Below are positions 60,601 through 64,000 of a stretch of 64,000 nt of DNA, piece after piece (position 1 is the first letter of the stretch; each line of letters begins with the position of its first letter). The stretch comes from Epithemia pelagica (Eukaryota; Protista; Bacillariophyta): positions 4,340,001-4,404,000 of the forward strand of contig OX337229.1 in assembly GCA_946965045.2 (NCBI GenBank), given 5' to 3'. The position numbers were made by a program, and so were the translations under genes. A model generated the notes under the pieces. It ran no database searches and was not told the DNA's origin. It worked only from the letters and a program-made list of their open reading frames with translations.

Positions 60601-60996
60601 CGCTCCACCCGACGGTCCCATTCTCGATCCAATTTGCATCGCAGTACAAGTCAAGGCACAGCCTTTTCCTGGTCCGGTGCCAACAACAATAACAATAATG
60701 CAACAACGACAAGCACGTCGAATCCTCCACTGGTTCCGGGTGGTACAACCACGCTTGCCACGGGAAGCAATCACAGTCATCACCACCCCCACCATCACTC
60801 GTCGAACAATCCTACTACCTTGTCTCGTCCCACCAGTTCCATTTCCTTCAATCCCCATGCCTCCTTTAGTGCCGGTGGTTCTGTCGGCATGACAGGATTG
60901 GAATTGGCCGAAGATGATTCTTCCTCCTATCTTTACTTTATGGGAGGAGAAATTGTCTTGCATCAACCATCCTCCTCGCGACGGCCTTCTTTTTAA
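57670..60996 (+). CDS. Membralin (TMEM259)-like ER membrane protein
   Basis: ERALLFVAVCGFGALLLAHVHFV, CFG, SFTLRETQ, FVPIMVGMIFFLIEF, PYGFSY, FFWHRFELPA. Confidence 0.85.
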   Translation: MTTAVPPPVAASSTTPAAAATVTSTASPSSSGQQQQQPFRPPPYMDAPMAPPPSTTDVPPPSFSIPPHPMERVLFNLHRQVCTFVLRHSSPRVRNWIERALLFVAVCGFGALLLAHVHFVHKAPSTTTSHGSSAATASHTTATAPQSSSSSSSSSWLDSPRHCFWHIPGFQPHAHVTHVYIVYDETPPAEGDNMHHHSDNNQQPQHTTTEPAEGPRRRKPGHSWAYTTTTTTTTTSAASTKPTTPLSQQPCPPCATSSQDTMASSSSSSSSLPITNTSHPVVQQTCSAAVSSKDSRSHDCPGDDGENLHQPPNNNNNNHTPPSEKDPLILPTCTTTTSLSNDSTTQDTSSSSSSSYSSTKGSSSPPPPPAILSYQLSYSRIQGYLWLAALSSDHAPMEGFSVQHVLVSQHDAHCFGEPFLQRLIFQWMGPETVIWNWCLAFHDALTRREPFSSTTGSRPPWLLVDRDNDPHNHEYWSSPGYVYNPHTQAIVELRPFATHNQHPSTTGNGASNGRRNHLVLSPQPPTTTPYSYDHGPMDDTQQYPPLEQRPSPSNKHGESAAYSSTSHKRTSSSSSPRQPPEYVYTSTTATSSSSYVQAMAFLAGSKLSMVLKTCFLYFITTTLVSFTLRETQERMLDFTQHLQAHVRNRRSVVSLVTRHLVDNLVFVPIMVGMIFFLIEFYGGDKLLAFGILTLVWFVEVFNVIAVRTYSSLQFFPKIVFLLFALWHFYIFSFPYGFSYTALAATVCFMLHSMVFFWHRFELPAIVMGQVTLQTPRMYYQPYPQQPQQYYGPYSDYPSTMPAAQAPHNPMMQNHNNNNNPFPPPLYGGGGSTQGHRPPYQSPLPPDAFYHASYTQPPFVEGTATDTRGPSPQPSIRYHHSNNNNNNNIPIHRQSPIMLQHSHHQHNVSPLQSPLMGHAQQHGQQPGSFATPPATAAAATTASTNASQQQPLASSVPATGLHALQRRDSVSPPLLLVHRSTRRSHSRSNLHRSTSQGTAFSWSGANNNNNNATTTSTSNPPLVPGGTTTLATGSNHSHHHPHHHSSNNPTTLSRPTSSISFNPHASFSAGGSVGMTGLELAEDDSSSYLYFMGGEIVLHQPSSSRRPSF

Positions 60997-61467
60997 ACGC
61001 ACAACCGAATGGATAACACGCGTGTTCCGGGTAGAGAGACACTGTGCAAGAACCATCATGGTCTTTCTACAAACGACACAAGGCTGGCGTGAGATAGCAT
61101 GCTTGTTTCGAATCAAATCAGGACCTTGTCCTAGGAGGATTCTCAACGAAAACATCGCATGCCTGTGCCACACTCACACGGTCCACGGAAGCTCATAGGA
61201 ACTAGACACCAACGTTACCGAACCAAGAAACACCCATGTTCTTTGGTTCCACCAGAGTCTTGCCTCGGCCATTCCAAAAGACAGCAATACAGAGAATTCA
61301 CACAGTACTTCCTGGTCAATCTTGACGACCAAGCTGAAATAATAGAGGCCTACGAAATTACTATTGTTCTTACTACATTGTGTTGTTGCATTTTTGTTCC
61401 ATGCAACAACACATTCTCCTTTGGATAAAGATCCACAACCAATCCACCAGGGTTTCTCTCCCAATTA

Positions 61468-62036
61468 TTATTTCTTTTCACCCTCTTCACCGGCCGGAAC
61501 AGTAATAAAGCACTTGGCAATGAATTCGGCTTCTTCTTGACGAGCCTTGGAGGCCAAGGCTTTTTTCATCAATTTTCTTCGAGAGGTACCACGGCGACCC
61601 GTCGACGTTTTGAATTTGCGCATATTTTCGCGGTTGCGTTTCGTCTTTTCCTTCTTGGCGTTGGTACGACAAGCCATGCACAAGGCAGTTGTCGAGTCTT
61701 CGACAACCAAACTACTACTGCGGGGCAGGACAAAGGATGGGGTGGGGGCAAATGCCTATGTGGTGATGGATTGGTAACACAGCGCAAGAGACAAGAAAAC
61801 ATTGTAGCAAACGAATCAAGAAAGAAAGAGTAAAAAGTGAGGCGACGATTCATGCCATACGAGCACCTTTTCGAAACCATTTGTCACAACACTCATCTCC
61901 TCTCCACAAAATACCAGCGCACACCACAACAAACCATTATCGTCATGCCTTTCGATGGATGACAACGTCGTACCTGTGCGGTCATGGCCCAAAGGGCAGC
62001 CACCCATAGAAACCAAAAGGATGTCGCTCGAACCAT
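61468..62036 (-). CDS. Small basic plastid-targeted protein, 116 aa; exons 62036-61974 and 61755-61468
   Basis: Signal peptide MVRATSFWFLWVAALWAMTAQ splices (CAG|GTACGA...CATAG|) to AFAP, giving an ASAFAP-type motif, then a transit peptide and the K/R-rich ACRTNAKKEKTKRNRENMRKFK. Confidence 0.78.
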
Positions 62037-62514
62037 TCTTGTTTCTCGTTCCGTCTCTCCTTCAGTTGCTGCTGCTGCGGCTGTGCTGTTGGTGTGGTTG
62101 ATGGGTGTCACCGTGTTCTTCGGTCTCTCTCCTCTCTGCGTGGTTTTGGGGCCAAAGTACGTGGTTTCGATGGGTAGTAATGTGTGGTTGAGCGAGAGAC
62201 TTCCAGACGTCACGTATATTTTATGCGACCCTTATCGTTACGTATAAAATGGGCGACCGATTCCGATGCCTCAGCGCGACCAGCGCATTCGCGTCAAACA
62301 CACGACCGAGTAATCGACATTCATTGTTGATCTCTTGTCCCTGTCATCTCTTCCCTTTCATTCTTTTCTTTTGATTCACAAAAAGAAATCACTTTACGTC
62401 GTGGATGAATCGGATTTTATTGAGGGCCGAATTCACTTGACAGCAGAGACAAAGAGAAAGAGCCTCACACACCAACCTCTCATTCTTTGTTGTGCCATCC
62501 TACCTTAGACGAAC

Positions 62515-63678
62515 ATGTCCACCCAACTCGAATTGCCAGAACTGTCGACGACGAATGGATTGCGCCGACGAGCTCGTCGTGCTGCCAATCCCACCACCAC
62601 TACCACCACTGCGACTCAAAACGAGGGGGAGGATGATGGGATTCCCTTGCCTCCGCAATATGCGGCTGGGTTGCGGGTCCCTCACTTGTGGAAGCATGCT
62701 CAACAAACGGGCCGACTTTATGTTCTCCATGTCCCCTTGTATTTTGAACATTTGCTGCCGCAACGTGTTCAAATTTGGCTGTTGCAACAATTGAAAATTC
62801 AAGAGCAGCAACCATCTTCTTCCAGTCATGGTCGTCGTTCCTGGACCATGATACTGCGCTCGTTTCTTTTATGGTGTTTGTCGGGATGGTTGTTGCCACA
62901 CTGGACGTGTCGATTGGTCCTGGTGGTGGGACGCTATCTCTATCAATTTCCCGCTACAGCATCACACGACACTCTCAATGATGACAACCACAACCACAAG
63001 AAGTCGTTGTCGCCACCCCCGGTCGCACGTCCCATTCCTCTGGAGGCCATTCAATTGGCCCTGGTGCCCTTGGTATCCCTCCAGGACCGATTGTTGACCA
63101 CCACTGCACGAACAGCGACCACCGTTGCTTCGACCAGTACGACAAGCGTTCCCGTGGTGTCGTCGTCAGCATCCAACGATCACCACCACCAACCGGAACT
63201 GTACGAAACCACAACACCCCTGTCGACGTCGTTCTTGGGTCTGGATGCGTCCGTGGTGGCATGGATGCCTCCACCCACATCCATGGCCCATCAAGTGTTG
63301 GCCGTGTCCACGACCTTGACGGAAACCACGTATTTTGCAATGGCCGAACGGACAGCGGATTCGCCAGCAATGCCAGATGACAATACCCATGACGATGAGG
63401 AGGACGAAATCCACGTGTGGTTCCACGCCTTACACCAAGCGCGTGGGGATGCTTGGAAACGAAGCATGGGACATGCTCCTACCGATTCCTATCCACCAGC
63501 CTGGCAAACCTTGGATCGTCTGGGAGACTTGTTGCTGCAAACCCATGACAGATTCGAGGGGACTAGTACGGACAACATCCACCTCCATCCCAACAGTCGT
63601 AGTTCGACTGATTTGGATCCAGCCAGGATGATGTATTCGTCCTCGTCGGCCATGGGAGGAGGAGGATACTTTGGATAA
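62515..63678 (+). CDS. Hypothetical protein with a PH-domain-like pattern
   Basis: WTCRLVLVVGRYLYQF, RPIPLE, VLAVST...TYFA, and closing helix EIHVWFHALHQAR, interrupted by low-complexity inserts. Confidence 0.5.
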   Translation: MSTQLELPELSTTNGLRRRARRAANPTTTTTTATQNEGEDDGIPLPPQYAAGLRVPHLWKHAQQTGRLYVLHVPLYFEHLLPQRVQIWLLQQLKIQEQQPSSSSHGRRSWTMILRSFLLWCLSGWLLPHWTCRLVLVVGRYLYQFPATASHDTLNDDNHNHKKSLSPPPVARPIPLEAIQLALVPLVSLQDRLLTTTARTATTVASTSTTSVPVVSSSASNDHHHQPELYETTTPLSTSFLGLDASVVAWMPPPTSMAHQVLAVSTTLTETTYFAMAERTADSPAMPDDNTHDDEEDEIHVWFHALHQARGDAWKRSMGHAPTDSYPPAWQTLDRLGDLLLQTHDRFEGTSTDNIHLHPNSRSSTDLDPARMMYSSSSAMGGGGYFG

Positions 63679-64000
63679 CAGAAGAACAAGACGAAGAAGC
63701 AAGACCTTTTTGATTCCAGATATGATCTAGCACAGATACACATCATGGTACGCCTTTGGCGTTTGGCATGTACAGGAATACATACACCTTTATCTATAGA
63801 GACATGATTCTACCAATACTATGTCATTCTTTGTTGGAAAAGCGAACCAAAGGTCGTTATTGGGAGTAGTCGAGTAAATTGTGGGTAGTTTTCTGCCACT
63901 GTTCCCTCTTGTCGGCTCTTTCATATTATTTACATTCCCAAGCTTTCAGGTAAAGTGATAACGTTCCTCCTTCTTTTCATCATGGTGGTTTGGGCGGGTC

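Noticed and set aside
57586-63746. Numerous short overlapping ORFs on alternative frames
   Set aside because: They are by-products of low-complexity codon runs in the long real genes.
1-64000. CRISPR array, tRNA or rRNA genes, telomeric repeat
   Set aside because: No repeat-spacer periodicity, cloverleaf or rRNA signature, or telomere-type array was seen by eye. tRNAscan or Infernal would be needed to exclude small RNAs.

Overview
Eukaryotic nuclear DNA, most likely a diatom. The evidence is short GT-AG introns, ASAFAP-type bipartite plastid presequences and CoDi-like copia features. All calls come from reading motifs by eye; no database search or folding was run. Positions 1-10.6 kb are a retroelement cluster. 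A Ty1/copia element, missing its 5' end, sits inside a glycosyltransferase-like gene, and a Penelope-like RT/GIY-YIG element follows, carrying a candidate hammerhead ribozyme inside its ORF. Next come ordinary genes: AlaX, a plastid Prx5 and an RsmJ-like methyltransferase. A tandem array of four paralogous membrane-protein genes spans 18.3-47.5 kb. Three encode multi-TM + EGF + LNR + beta-propeller-like proteins, one is a short single-TM form, and most are disrupted. The array is split by a full-length ~9.6 kb tyrosine-recombinase (DIRS/Ngaro-type) retrotransposon with A1-B1-A2-B2 split direct repeats. Its pol appears to begin with a degenerate C5 cytosine-methyltransferase domain, and a TA-flanked MITE has inserted 10 bp inside its left end. 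The last 16 kb holds a Cys/Met PLP enzyme, a MAPEG protein, a 1874-aa membrane protein with five tandem SGNH domains (two apparently catalytically dead), membralin, a small basic plastid-targeted protein and a PH-like protein. No rRNA, tRNA or CRISPR array was recognised.
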